A stretch of DNA of 64,000 nt, taken from Candidatus Omnitrophota bacterium (GTDB lineage: Bacteria; Omnitrophota; Gorgyraeia; Zapsychrales; JANLHA01). The position numbers were made by a program, and so were the translations under genes. The notes under the pieces are model-generated. The model did no database searches. It was not told where the DNA came from and saw nothing but the letters and a program-made list of their open reading frames with translations. Positions 17,275 through 27,155 of the stretch are shown here, one piece after another. Each line of letters starts with the position of its first letter. Position 1 is the stretch's first letter. The DNA is taken from contig JACKFI010000008.1 of the NCBI GenBank assembly GCA_020632555.1, positions 638-64,637 of the forward strand, in the 5' to 3' direction.

Positions 17275-18405
17275 ATGAAAATTTTGATCACAGGCGGGGC
17301 AGGTTTTATAGGAACACACACCACACGGGCTCTTTTGAAACAAGGTCATCAGGTGCGTTTGTTTGATAATCTTGATCCACAAATTCATGGACCTAATGCT
17401 AGTTTCCCAGATTGGCAGGGTAAGGTGGAATGTCAACGTGGTGATATCCTGAATTCTGATGAACTCGAAAAAGCTTTGGAAGGCATTGATGTTGTTTATC
17501 ACTTGGCTTCATTAACTGGTGTTGGGCAAAGTATGTATGAAATACGTCATTATGCGGATACGAATATCAACGGAACAGCGAATCTTGTGGAGGTTATTGC
17601 TAAGAAAAAACAAAGGATATCTCGATTGGTTCTGTCTTCTTCTCGGGCGGTTTATGGGGAAGGAGCCGCTTTGTGTGAGCGTTGTGGTTTGGTTCATCCT
17701 CAGGATCGAAAAAGAAGTAATTTAGATAAAGGCATATTCCATGTTTTTTGTCCTTCTTGTAATATGAATGTTAAACCTATTGCTACCGGCGAGGGGTTTT
17801 CCTGTTCTCCAGTTTCCATTTATGGATGGTCAAAATTGCAGCAAGAGGAAATTTTCCGGTTTGCCACAAAATATTTTAATCTTCCTGTGGTGATGCTGCG
17901 TTATTTTAATGTTTATGGTGCGGGACAAGCTTTGAATAACCCCTATACGGGCGTGGTATCTATTTTTTATGCTCGTCTTAAAAATAATAATCCGGTATCT
18001 CTTTATGAGAAGGGATTACCCTTAAGGGATTTTATTAATATAGCGGATATTGTCGACGCTAACCTTTTGGCTTTGGACCAAGAGCTTCTTGTGGATAATA
18101 TTTTTAATATTGGCAGCGGTGAAATCTTAACCGTTTGTGATTTGGTAAATGCCCTAGGCAAGGTTATGGGAATTACTCCGCAAATTTTAGATCAAGGAGA
18201 GTTTAGAGAAGGGGATATTTTTTCCTGCTTTGCTGACCTTGAGAAATCTAAGAGAATTCTAGGGTTTAACCCGAAGGTGTCCTTGCAACAAGGTCTTGAG
18301 GAATTTGTAAAATGGGCTGATGGTAAAAAGACAGAAGATTTGTATGAGAAGACTGTTAAGGAATTAAGTATGTACGGCCTTTTTGGAAAGGGCGCAAAGA
18401 GTTAA
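17275..18405 (+). CDS. NAD-dependent sugar epimerase/dehydratase (SDR) with an inserted Cys4 zinc-ribbon
   Basis: The ORF track starts at 17221, but MKILITGGAGFIGTH at 17275 follows AGAGAGGA. Catalytic YGWSK (YxxxK). Insert CERCGLVHPQDRKRSNLDKGIFHVFCPSCN lies between the Rossmann core and the catalytic Tyr. Confidence 0.85.
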   Translation: MKILITGGAGFIGTHTTRALLKQGHQVRLFDNLDPQIHGPNASFPDWQGKVECQRGDILNSDELEKALEGIDVVYHLASLTGVGQSMYEIRHYADTNINGTANLVEVIAKKKQRISRLVLSSSRAVYGEGAALCERCGLVHPQDRKRSNLDKGIFHVFCPSCNMNVKPIATGEGFSCSPVSIYGWSKLQQEEIFRFATKYFNLPVVMLRYFNVYGAGQALNNPYTGVVSIFYARLKNNNPVSLYEKGLPLRDFINIADIVDANLLALDQELLVDNIFNIGSGEILTVCDLVNALGKVMGITPQILDQGEFREGDIFSCFADLEKSKRILGFNPKVSLQQGLEEFVKWADGKKTEDLYEKTVKELSMYGLFGKGAKS

Positions 18406-18419
18406 TTTCTTGTCGAATT

Positions 18420-19484
18420 TTATTCATTTATAAAAAGCTCTTCAGGATCTTTGCGCAGGGATTTTATTTGACATTCATCTGCATAACCGACCCGCAATAA
18501 AGCCAGTAATTCTGTTATTTTAATACCTGCTTGTTTTTGAAAATTTGTATGCACGCGAGAAACGGCTTTCATTTCTTGCGTGCTTAAGAATGATTTGCCA
18601 ATATTTGCCATATCAATTGGTGACACAATTAAATGGGAGCTTAATCCTTTTAGCTGCAAATAATTTAGAATTTTTTGAATATACATCCAATCGCGTACAA
18701 GGTTTGCTGAAGAATGGCTGGACTCCTTAAAGGCTAGCAATAATGGGGTGGTTACAAGGCTTTTTCTAAAAACGGTGCTAGCGAAATATTGGATTAAGAG
18801 GCTTTTGCTTATGATGTTTCTAAAGAATTTATTTCTATTAAGCTTTAAGTATTCCCTAACATAAAATGGGGATTCCAGAACGCGCACGTCAAGCCCCCAG
18901 CGACGTGTTTGGGCTTCTTGTTGGCTGTACGAAAAGATTTCTACGAGGTCATCACGAATAGAGTCATTCATGGTCCAGATTTTATTTAATAAGACAAAGT
19001 TTTCAATTAGAGCAGATTGGCCTGTTATATCGAGAATCTCGTGACTCGGTCCATGATAAATGGATCGCATTTCGTTAATAACAGGGGTTGGGACCAGTTG
19101 AGGGTGGTATGCTTTCCTGTTGGTGTAACGGGACATGATATGCCCGATTTCATGATTGTTCATATCATTTGTTTTTATAAAATGTACTTCACAAATAGGC
19201 CTTGTCATATTCATCTGAGTATCGTTGACATGGGTATATGTCATTGTGTAATGCCAATGTTTTGCCCCTTCTGACAAATTTTCAAGAAATGCGCCGAGGG
19301 AGAAAAAGATGACATCTTTAAATTTCCAGAAACCACGGTCATTATGTCGTGTATAAATTAAGAGATGGCCATCCTTGAGTTGGAATTCCCACGGTTGGGC
19401 ATTGTATGGCGAAACCGCCTTAAGGCCGACACGCAGAATTTCAATGATTTCTTCACGTTTGATTGGTAATGTTGATTCAGTCAT
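18420..19484 (-). CDS. Two-domain nitroreductase-family protein (Acg-like size)
   Basis: 354 aa. LRVGLKAVSPYNAQPWEF is a nitroreductase N-terminal signature. Its start overlaps the upstream GT gene stop by 8 nt. Confidence 0.5.
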   Translation of the reverse strand: MTESTLPIKREEIIEILRVGLKAVSPYNAQPWEFQLKDGHLLIYTRHNDRGFWKFKDVIFFSLGAFLENLSEGAKHWHYTMTYTHVNDTQMNMTRPICEVHFIKTNDMNNHEIGHIMSRYTNRKAYHPQLVPTPVINEMRSIYHGPSHEILDITGQSALIENFVLLNKIWTMNDSIRDDLVEIFSYSQQEAQTRRWGLDVRVLESPFYVREYLKLNRNKFFRNIISKSLLIQYFASTVFRKSLVTTPLLLAFKESSHSSANLVRDWMYIQKILNYLQLKGLSSHLIVSPIDMANIGKSFLSTQEMKAVSRVHTNFQKQAGIKITELLALLRVGYADECQIKSLRKDPEELFINE

Positions 19485-20703
19485 ACGTCAGCTTTCCTCG
19501 GTCCCAGTCGTCAACGAACGCAATAAAGTTTTTCACGGCGTTATATTGGTCAATTTCTTTGGCTAATAGTTCTGCCTTCTTTGTATAAGAAGGCTTAGAT
19601 AGAATTTCATCAATGCTGGAATTTATATTCTTGATGGTTGCTTTATCAGATGTGATCAGTTTTCCAGCGCCTTGGGCGGCGATCATGGAGATGCATAAAA
19701 ATTGATCCATATTCGTTGGAAAACCAATGACCGGACGGCCGCAGGATAATGGTTGATACGCACTTCCAGAGCCACCATTAAAAAGCATCAAATGTGCATT
19801 TTTTGCGGCTTCTTGCCCGGGGATATATGGAGCAACAAAGAAATTCTTAGGCCAGTGTTTGCGTGTGATTCTTTGGGCGGTTGCTAACAAAACAGTAATT
19901 TCTGGTCGGTCAAGACTGCGGATGATCTTTTCCAGAACCGGGACATCGCCTGTTGAACCAAGGCTGACATATACAATTGGCTTGTCTTTTGGCCATTGTT
20001 GCCACCATTCAGGCAAAGGAATATGGGGCATTTCAAGGATTGGGCCGATGTATTTTTGGTGCGATGGGAGATCTTTAGTCGGTGCTAAACTGGGAATATC
20101 AAGATACAATGTCCAATTCCCACAGGTGTAAACCTCCTCCAAAGATTTTAGGATAGGCAGATGATATGATTTGCGCAGTTCATTAATACCCTTGGCATGG
20201 AATAAATATGAGGCCAGGGGATACGACATGTCGAAAATAATTTGCCCTAAGGTCCGACCAGCCAATTTTCCGATGGGCAGGTTTGGTAAAATTCTTCTTT
20301 GGGTTGAATAAGGACTCCAAAAAGCGTTTGCGAATGCAATGTGAGGAAGTTGATAAACTGCAGTTGAAATATTCAGTGATAATCTAAAGTCACTAATCAC
20401 TAAGTCCGGGGAAATCTTTTTTAATAGGATTAATTCCGAATCAATGTATTCCTTAAGACGTTGCTGATCATAGAGCGGTTTTCCCCGGTTTAAAAGTTGA
20501 CGGAATTCTTCGCCGGGCATGGTCAACAAGGGATGAAATGTAAATCCGCTGTCGTCGATCAGCCATTGATACCATTCGGCACAAGCAAAAGAAATTTCGA
20601 AACGGTCCAAATCCAAATATTTGGAGAGTGCTAGAGGGCGGACGATATGGGCTAGGCTGGCACCTTCTCCAACAAATAATATTTTCTTTTTCTGAACGGA
20701 CAT
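19477..20703 (-). CDS. GT-B glycosyltransferase, UDP-glycosyltransferase/MGT-like
   Basis: The ORF opens at 20766. MSVQKKKILFVGEGASLAHIVRPLAL begins at ATG 20703. C-terminal nucleotide-sugar signature-like FNGGSGSAYQPLSCGRPVIGFPTNMDQF. Confidence 0.65.
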   Translation of the reverse strand: MSVQKKKILFVGEGASLAHIVRPLALSKYLDLDRFEISFACAEWYQWLIDDSGFTFHPLLTMPGEEFRQLLNRGKPLYDQQRLKEYIDSELILLKKISPDLVISDFRLSLNISTAVYQLPHIAFANAFWSPYSTQRRILPNLPIGKLAGRTLGQIIFDMSYPLASYLFHAKGINELRKSYHLPILKSLEEVYTCGNWTLYLDIPSLAPTKDLPSHQKYIGPILEMPHIPLPEWWQQWPKDKPIVYVSLGSTGDVPVLEKIIRSLDRPEITVLLATAQRITRKHWPKNFFVAPYIPGQEAAKNAHLMLFNGGSGSAYQPLSCGRPVIGFPTNMDQFLCISMIAAQGAGKLITSDKATIKNINSSIDEILSKPSYTKKAELLAKEIDQYNAVKNFIAFVDDWDRGKLTYD

Positions 20704-20937
20704 ATTCTTACAGAAACTTTTTCGACTGTGTGATAAAGATTGTTTAAAAATATTATACTTGATCAATAATTTCTTGTGGGTATTTTCCTTTTTTTATGCA
20801 AAGGGGACAGAAGATTTTGATGCTGAATGATGTTTCTCTGAGCAATAGGTTTGAATTATTGAGGTTTATTTAGCATAAAACCCGATGGGGTGGTTTAATC
20901 AGTTTTCGTCAGGCATTAAAAATGACGGATTAATGTT

Positions 20938-22476
20938 TTAACTCATTCCCCACCCCTCGCGATCCAAACTCCGATAACCGATGGCCTCGGCGATATGTTG
21001 CGGCAGTATTTCGTCTTTTTCTTCAAGGTCAACAATGGTGCGGCTCACTTTCAAGATTTTGTCATGCGCGCGGGCAGAGAGTTTCAACTCCTCGATAGCG
21101 GTTTTGAGCAGATCCTGACTATCTTTATTTAAAGGACAAAATTTTTGAATTTGCTTTTGATCCATTTGCGCATTGGCAAATATTCCAGAATTTTTGAAAC
21201 GATGTTGCTGAATAGATCGTGCGATGACGGTTCGTTTTTTGATGTCCGCCGAATGCTCTGCGTGGTGATGCTGCATCAGTTCCAATGGTTTGAGCGCTGG
21301 AACCTCCAGATGAATATCTATACGATCCAGCAGTGGCCCGGAAATTTTTCCCATATATTTCGCGATTTGTTGCGGTGAGCATTGGCATTGACGACGAGGA
21401 TCACTCAAATATCCGCACGGGCAGGGATTCATGCTGGCAATCAGCATAAATTTCGCAGGAAAATGAGCGCAACGGTTGGCACGCGAAACAGTGACACAGT
21501 GATCTTCCAGCGGTTGACGCAGAGATTCCAAAACATTTCGTCCGAATTCAGGCAGTTCATCCAAAAAGAGAACACCGTGATGACTCAAAGTGACTTCACC
21601 GGGTTTGGGAACAGAGCCGCCGCCGACTAAGGCCACGTCGGAAGCGGTATGATGCGGCGAACGAAATGGCCGTGTTGTCAACAGGCTCATTTGCGGCGGA
21701 ATCAAGCCCATAACAGAATAAATTTTTGTAATTTCTAAAGATTCTTCCAAAGTCATATCTGGCAAGATTGTGGGTACTCTTTTGGCCAGCATGGTTTTGC
21801 CGCTGCCCGGCGGCCCGATCAACAGACAATTGTGCCCTCCGGCGGCCGCGATTTCAATGCCGCGTTTGACATGCGCTTGCCCTTTGACGTCGCTAAAATC
21901 AATCGGATAGGTATTGGTTTTTTGAAAGAGCTCCGCGGTATTGACTGTAAAATGTTCGTCGGGAATTTCTTGAGAAAGAAAATGAATAACGTCTTTGAGT
22001 GTTCGCATTGGATAAATCGCAATACTTTCGGTTACCGCAGCCTCACAAGCATTGGCTTGCGGTAAAAGCAATCCTTTGAATTGATTCTTCGGAAGGCTTA
22101 AGGCGACCGATAAAGCGCCGGTTACGGGCATGATTTTTCCATCTAAAGATAACTCTCCTAAAATGACATATTCAGATAGGTGTTGGTTTGGGATTTGTTC
22201 GGTTGCGCTCAAGTAGCCTAAAGCGATGGCCAAGTCAAACGATGGCCCTTCTTTGGGAATATTGGCTGGCGAAAGATTGATGGTGATACGTTGGGGCTTG
22301 TAGCGATAGCCGCTGTTGCGAATAGCGGCACGCACGCGTTCCTTGCTTTCTTTAACCGCATTGTTGGGCAGGCCGACGATGACAGTCCCCGGCAAACCAG
22401 AAGAAACATCCACTTCAATTGTGATTGGATAAGCATCCAGCGACGAGATGCCATAGCTATAGACTTTGGCTAACAT
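20938..22476 (-). CDS. yifB: YifB/ComM family Mg-chelatase-like AAA+ ATPase
   Basis: 512 aa. N-terminal Lon-like domain, Walker A LLIGPPGSGKTMLA, Walker B VLFLDELPEF, and the zinc motif CPCGY...C-x-C characteristic of ComM/YifB. Confidence 0.9.
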   Translation of the reverse strand: MLAKVYSYGISSLDAYPITIEVDVSSGLPGTVIVGLPNNAVKESKERVRAAIRNSGYRYKPQRITINLSPANIPKEGPSFDLAIALGYLSATEQIPNQHLSEYVILGELSLDGKIMPVTGALSVALSLPKNQFKGLLLPQANACEAAVTESIAIYPMRTLKDVIHFLSQEIPDEHFTVNTAELFQKTNTYPIDFSDVKGQAHVKRGIEIAAAGGHNCLLIGPPGSGKTMLAKRVPTILPDMTLEESLEITKIYSVMGLIPPQMSLLTTRPFRSPHHTASDVALVGGGSVPKPGEVTLSHHGVLFLDELPEFGRNVLESLRQPLEDHCVTVSRANRCAHFPAKFMLIASMNPCPCGYLSDPRRQCQCSPQQIAKYMGKISGPLLDRIDIHLEVPALKPLELMQHHHAEHSADIKKRTVIARSIQQHRFKNSGIFANAQMDQKQIQKFCPLNKDSQDLLKTAIEELKLSARAHDKILKVSRTIVDLEEKDEILPQHIAEAIGYRSLDREGWGMS

Positions 22477-22537
22477 AGATAAAAAAACTTTTAGGGGGTA
22501 AATTCTTGGGGAAGCAGTGATCAGAATTGTTTGAATG

Positions 22538-23572
22538 TTAACATAAATTCTTTGAGTTTTCCAAAACTATTTGTTTTAAGCACTCAATCCATTGGGGGGA
22601 ATTGTTTAAACTTTCGACCAATTGCCAGCGTTCTCCGCCGAGCTTTTGGAAGAGGTGCCGGTATTCCATTCCGATCTCGACGGTAGTCTCCAAACAATCA
22701 GCGATAAAAGCGGGTGAAAAAACAAGAACATTTTTTTTGCCGTTTTTAATCAAATCACCAATGACGTGATCGGTATAAGGTTTAACCCACGGATCTTTGC
22801 CCAAGCGGGATTGGAAGCAGAGCGTGTATTGATCTTCGCTTATGCCCAGCTCTTGGGTTAATAACCGAGTCGTAGCAAAACATTGAGCGCGATAACAGTA
22901 GCGATTTTTATTGTGATAGGTTTTGCAACAATCCCCCAAACGGCAATATCCGTCGCAGGAAGCTTTCAAAATTTGGCGTTCGGGCAAACCATGATAGCTA
23001 AATAGAAAATGATCATAATGTGCCTGCGCCATATACTTTTTGCCCAAGGCGACAAAAGCTTTGATAAACAGAGGATGATCAAAGAATTGACTGATCATGG
23101 TTAAGGTCGGGATCACTTCCCAACTTTTGATTTCATCCATTAATTTTTCATGGGTTGAACCGGTGGAGGCGCTGGCATATTGCGGATACAGAGGGATTAC
23201 AATGATTTCTTTAAGACCTTGATTCTTGAATTGGTCCAGAGCTGACTTTAGGCTGGGATTTTGGTAGCGCATACCTAAAACAACCTGATAATGTTCGCCC
23301 AGCGATTTTTGCAAAAGGTCCGCGACTTGATAACCATAAATTTTCAGTGGCGAACCGTCTGGAGTCCAAAGTTGTTGATAACCTTTGGCGCTTTGCGGTG
23401 CGCGGAAAGGAGCAATGATGAGATTGACCAAGGCCCAGCGTTGTAAATAAGGAATGTCAATAACGCGACCATCCATGAGGAATTCTCTCAAGTAGGTAGC
23501 TACGTCTTTTGTAGACGGGCTGTCGGGAGTTCCTAGATTGAGTAATAAAACACCAATGGAGGCTTTAGTCAT
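22538..23572 (-). CDS. hemH: Ferrochelatase
   Basis: 344 aa. IGVLLLNLGTPDSPSTKDVATYLREFL, ...PLYPQYASASTGS..., LFSYHGLPE and a C-terminal CLETTVEIG block are ferrochelatase hallmarks. Confidence 0.85.
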   Translation of the reverse strand: MTKASIGVLLLNLGTPDSPSTKDVATYLREFLMDGRVIDIPYLQRWALVNLIIAPFRAPQSAKGYQQLWTPDGSPLKIYGYQVADLLQKSLGEHYQVVLGMRYQNPSLKSALDQFKNQGLKEIIVIPLYPQYASASTGSTHEKLMDEIKSWEVIPTLTMISQFFDHPLFIKAFVALGKKYMAQAHYDHFLFSYHGLPERQILKASCDGYCRLGDCCKTYHNKNRYCYRAQCFATTRLLTQELGISEDQYTLCFQSRLGKDPWVKPYTDHVIGDLIKNGKKNVLVFSPAFIADCLETTVEIGMEYRHLFQKLGGERWQLVESLNNSPQWIECLKQIVLENSKNLC

Positions 23573-23655
23573 AAGGGGGTATTTTATATCAAATTTAGAG
23601 ATTTGCCAGCAATATGCACAGACCTTTTAGCAAGATGTCAGGAATGGTAAAAATC

Positions 23656-23684
23656 TTGCTTTTGATAAGTATAAAAACTATAAT
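23656..23684 (+). promoter_or_regulatory. Sigma70-type promoter for the DUF212 gene
   Basis: -35 TTGCTT (23656-23661), 17-nt spacer, -10 TATAAT (23679-23684). The downstream SD AAGAAGG precedes TTG 23731. Confidence 0.5.
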
Positions 23685-23730
23685 GTGGCGATTGTTGACG
23701 TCAATGGACCAAATGTGAAAGAAGGCAGCC

Positions 23731-24210
23731 TTGAATTGTTCCCTAGCCAGTGATTTATCGGCGCCGGTTGGTCATAAAATACTTTTTATAACACTTGTGG
23801 TTTGGGCTATCACTCAGACGATAAAAGTTGCATTGGGTGTTATTGTAGAACGGCGGTTTGATTTTCGTTGGTTTATTGGAACCGGAGGCATGCCTTCAAG
23901 TCACGCGGCTGGCGTTACCGCTTTAGCTGTTTTATGCGGATTGAATGTGGGTTTCAACTCGGTGGCGTTTGCCTTAGCTTCGGTTTTTGCTTTGGTGACT
24001 ATGTTTGACGCGCAGGGTGTGCGGCGGGCAACAGGTCATCAGGCAGAAGTTTTGAACAAAATTGTGGATGACATTTATCGGCACGGTAACATTGAAGTCA
24101 ATCGATTAAAAGAGTTGATTGGGCATACGCCATTTCAGGTTTTTGTTGGTTCTTTGATTGGGTTTTTATTAGCGGTCATTTTTTATAATGCGTGGATTAA
24201 ATCAGGATAA
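23731..24210 (+). CDS. Divergent PAP2 / DUF212 (acid phosphatase-vanadium haloperoxidase-related) membrane protein
   Basis: 159 aa. GTGGMPSSHAA and ...FDAQGVRRATGHQAEVLN... match the DUF212 family. TTG start. Confidence 0.75.
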   Translation: MNCSLASDLSAPVGHKILFITLVVWAITQTIKVALGVIVERRFDFRWFIGTGGMPSSHAAGVTALAVLCGLNVGFNSVAFALASVFALVTMFDAQGVRRATGHQAEVLNKIVDDIYRHGNIEVNRLKELIGHTPFQVFVGSLIGFLLAVIFYNAWIKSG

Positions 24211-24247
24211 CTTTTTAGTTCTATAATATTTGTTGAGGAGGCTTAAG

Positions 24248-25069
24248 GTGAATAAGAAAATTTTGATCGCTGGTATTGTGGTGGCTGCCCTTGTTGTGAT
24301 CGTTATTGTTTGGCCTAAAAGAGCAGATGTTAAATCAGAAAATCCGGTAGCGGTGTCTCACTCTCAAGAGGCAAAAAAGTTATACGCGCAAGCTGTGGAA
24401 TTGCGGCAAAAGAATGAATTGGCTCACGCTAAAGAGGTTTATAAAGAAATTATTCAGAATTATTCTGATGTGGATAATATCGCCGCAATCCAACAGGAAT
24501 CAGAAACAGTGAATTTGCAGATTTTATTTTCTCGAATAGAAGTTCCTCAAAAGACAGTGATGCATGAGGTTGTGGTCGGAGACAGTTTGGTTAAGATTGC
24601 CAAAAAGTATAATACAACCATTGAATTGCTTCGTCGTAGTAATAATTTGACTGGAGATATTGTGCGGTTGGGAGATAAGTTGCGCGTTTGGACGGGCTCG
24701 TTTAATGTTTTTGTTGATAAATCGCAAAACATTCTGATTCTTAAAGATGGCAATGAAGTTGTTAAGGTTTATAGTGTTTCAACCGGTGAAAATAATAGTA
24801 CGCCTGTTGGAACATTTAAAATCACGACCAAATTAGAGAACCCCGTTTGGTTTAATAAAGGGATTGTTGTTCCGCCGGAAAGCCCGCAAAATGTGCTGGG
24901 AACCCGTTGGTTGGGTTTTGATATCCCCGGATATGGTATTCATGGCACGGTAGAGCCGGATAATATTGGCAAACAGGTGACGGCTGGATGTGTTCGTATG
25001 CGTAATGAAGAAGTTGAAGAGCTGTATAGTATTTTACCGATTGGGACAGAAGTTGTGGTTGTTGATTAA
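24248..25069 (+). CDS. LysM-domain L,D-transpeptidase (YkuD family)
   Basis: GTG 24248 follows GAGGAGG. N-terminal TM. LysM block HEVVVGDSLVKIAKKYNTTIELLRRSNNL. Catalytic HGT...GCVRMRNEEV. Confidence 0.85.
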   Translation: MNKKILIAGIVVAALVVIVIVWPKRADVKSENPVAVSHSQEAKKLYAQAVELRQKNELAHAKEVYKEIIQNYSDVDNIAAIQQESETVNLQILFSRIEVPQKTVMHEVVVGDSLVKIAKKYNTTIELLRRSNNLTGDIVRLGDKLRVWTGSFNVFVDKSQNILILKDGNEVVKVYSVSTGENNSTPVGTFKITTKLENPVWFNKGIVVPPESPQNVLGTRWLGFDIPGYGIHGTVEPDNIGKQVTAGCVRMRNEEVEELYSILPIGTEVVVVD

Positions 25070-25092
25070 TCTTTTAATTTTAAGGTGAGCTG

Positions 25093-26052
25093 ATGAGTGG
25101 ATTAGATTTCGAAAAACCGATTATTGAGCTGGAAGCCAAGATCAATGATCTTAAGAAAATGGGTAAGACCAAGAAGATTGATTTTGAACCTGAGATTAAG
25201 AAAATTGATCAAAAAATCGAGAAAATGAAGAATGAGATTTATTCGAACTTGACCGATTGGCAAAAAGTGCAAATTGCCCGTCATCCCAACCGGCCCTATA
25301 CGCTGGATTATATTCATTTGATGACTTCTGAATTTATTGAATTGCATGGAGATCGGCTTTTTGCAGATGATTTGGCAATGGTCGCGGGTTTTGCTAAGCT
25401 CAACGGGCATCGGATTTTGATTCTAGGGCACCAAAAAGGACGGGATACCACAGACAATATCCGTCGGAATTTTGGTTGCGCGCATCCTGAGGGGTATCGC
25501 AAAGCCATTCGTTTGATGCGTTTAGCTGAAAAGTTTCATTTGCCGGTTGTGGTTTTGATTGACACGCCGGGAGCTTACCCGGGGGTGGGGGCAGAAGAGC
25601 GTGGCCAGGCGCAGGCGATTGCCGAGAATTTGATGGAAATGTCGCAATTAAAAACACCGATTGTGGCTGTCATTATTGGTGAAGGCGGTAGCGGAGGAGC
25701 GTTGGGTGTTGGCGTGGCGGATCGGGTTTTGATTTTACAAAATGCGTATTATTCAGTTATTTCTCCGGAAGGTTGCGCTTCTATTCTTTGGCGCAGTAGC
25801 ACTAAAGCTTCTGAGGCGGCCAATGCGTTAAAGTTGACCGGTGAACATTTATTAAAGTTTGGCATTGTTGATGAAGTGATCCCGGAACCGCAAGGCGGAG
25901 CTCATCGCGATCCGGAATCTGTTGCTAGCCAGTTAAAAAAATCGATTCTTAAGAATATCAAAGAACTCTCTTCTCTTTCTACCCAAGAATTGCTCGATCA
26001 GCGTTATGAGAAATTTCGTTGTATCGGCCATGTCCTTGAAGCAAAAGCATAA
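25093..26052 (+). CDS. accA: Acetyl-CoA carboxylase carboxyltransferase subunit alpha
   Basis: 319 aa. ARHPNRPYTLDY, IDTPGAYPGVGAEERGQAQAIA and IGEGGSGGALGVGV are AccA signatures. Confidence 0.9.
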   Translation: MSGLDFEKPIIELEAKINDLKKMGKTKKIDFEPEIKKIDQKIEKMKNEIYSNLTDWQKVQIARHPNRPYTLDYIHLMTSEFIELHGDRLFADDLAMVAGFAKLNGHRILILGHQKGRDTTDNIRRNFGCAHPEGYRKAIRLMRLAEKFHLPVVVLIDTPGAYPGVGAEERGQAQAIAENLMEMSQLKTPIVAVIIGEGGSGGALGVGVADRVLILQNAYYSVISPEGCASILWRSSTKASEAANALKLTGEHLLKFGIVDEVIPEPQGGAHRDPESVASQLKKSILKNIKELSSLSTQELLDQRYEKFRCIGHVLEAKA

Positions 26053-26090
26053 AAGAGATTGTCATTTTTGTTAATAAAATAACACACCCT

Positions 26091-27134
26091 ATGGTATCTA
26101 ACTTTGATAAACCAGATATTCGTGGACTTTCCTTAAAAGAGCTTGAGGATGTTTTCCAAGCTATGGGTGAAAAAACTTTTCGTAGTCGCCAGGTTTTTGA
26201 TTGGATTTATAAAAAAGGGGCAATGGACTTTGATGTGATGCTTAATTTGTCGTCAACCTTGCGCGGTAAGTTAAAGGAGAAGTTTGCATTAGCTTTGCCG
26301 TCGGTTGTATCGGAACATTATTCTCAGGATGGGACAAAGAAATTTTTATTAGCAATGTTTGATGGCGAAAAAGTCGAAACGGTTTTGATTCCTTCTAAGG
26401 CTCGGGCTACGGTTTGTGTTTCGACACAGGCTGGCTGTAAATTCGGGTGCAAGTTTTGTGCCAGTGGCATTGGTGGCTGGACGAGAAACTTGACCAGCGC
26501 AGAAATCATGACAGAAGTTTTGTATGCAAAATCCAAAAGTCATGCCCAGCCGCTTTCGCATATTGTTTTTATGGGCACCGGCGAGCCGCTGGACAATTAT
26601 GAGAATTTAATGAAGGCGATCCGTTTGATTAATTCCTCGGATGGTTTGGGAATTGCTGCTCGTCGGATTACGGTGTCAACATGCGGTGTTATTCCGCAAA
26701 TTCGTAAAATGGCTGCGGAAGGTTTGCAGATTGAATTGGCTATTTCATTACATGGATATAACGATGAATCACGTAAAGTGCTGATGCCGGTTAATAAAAA
26801 GTATCCAATGAATGAATTGATTTTGGCTTGTCGCGAATATATTAAGGCGACCAATCGTCAGATTACGTTTGAGTATATTTTAATTAAGGATGTGACCTGT
26901 AGTCCGCAGGCTGTGCGTGAGTTAGGTGTTCTTCTAAAAGGCATGATTTGCAAAATGAATTTGATTCCCTACAACCCTGTTTCGGAATTTGATCATAAAA
27001 CGCCAACGCGCCAAGAGATGTTTGATTTTCAAGACAGTTTGCAGCGCGCGGGAATTCACGCAACGATACGCACTCCGCGTGGTCGTGATGTGGCGGCCGC
27101 TTGCGGGCAGTTGAGGCATGATCAGAAGAAATAA
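26091..27134 (+). CDS. rlmN: 23S rRNA/tRNA (adenine-C2)-methyltransferase RlmN (radical SAM)
   Basis: 347 aa. FRSRQVFDWIYKKG, radical-SAM cluster CKFGCKFCASG, C-terminal DVAAACGQL. Confidence 0.9.
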   Translation: MVSNFDKPDIRGLSLKELEDVFQAMGEKTFRSRQVFDWIYKKGAMDFDVMLNLSSTLRGKLKEKFALALPSVVSEHYSQDGTKKFLLAMFDGEKVETVLIPSKARATVCVSTQAGCKFGCKFCASGIGGWTRNLTSAEIMTEVLYAKSKSHAQPLSHIVFMGTGEPLDNYENLMKAIRLINSSDGLGIAARRITVSTCGVIPQIRKMAAEGLQIELAISLHGYNDESRKVLMPVNKKYPMNELILACREYIKATNRQITFEYILIKDVTCSPQAVRELGVLLKGMICKMNLIPYNPVSEFDHKTPTRQEMFDFQDSLQRAGIHATIRTPRGRDVAAACGQLRHDQKK

Positions 27135-27155
27135 TCCTGCGCCCCGCCAGTTTTA

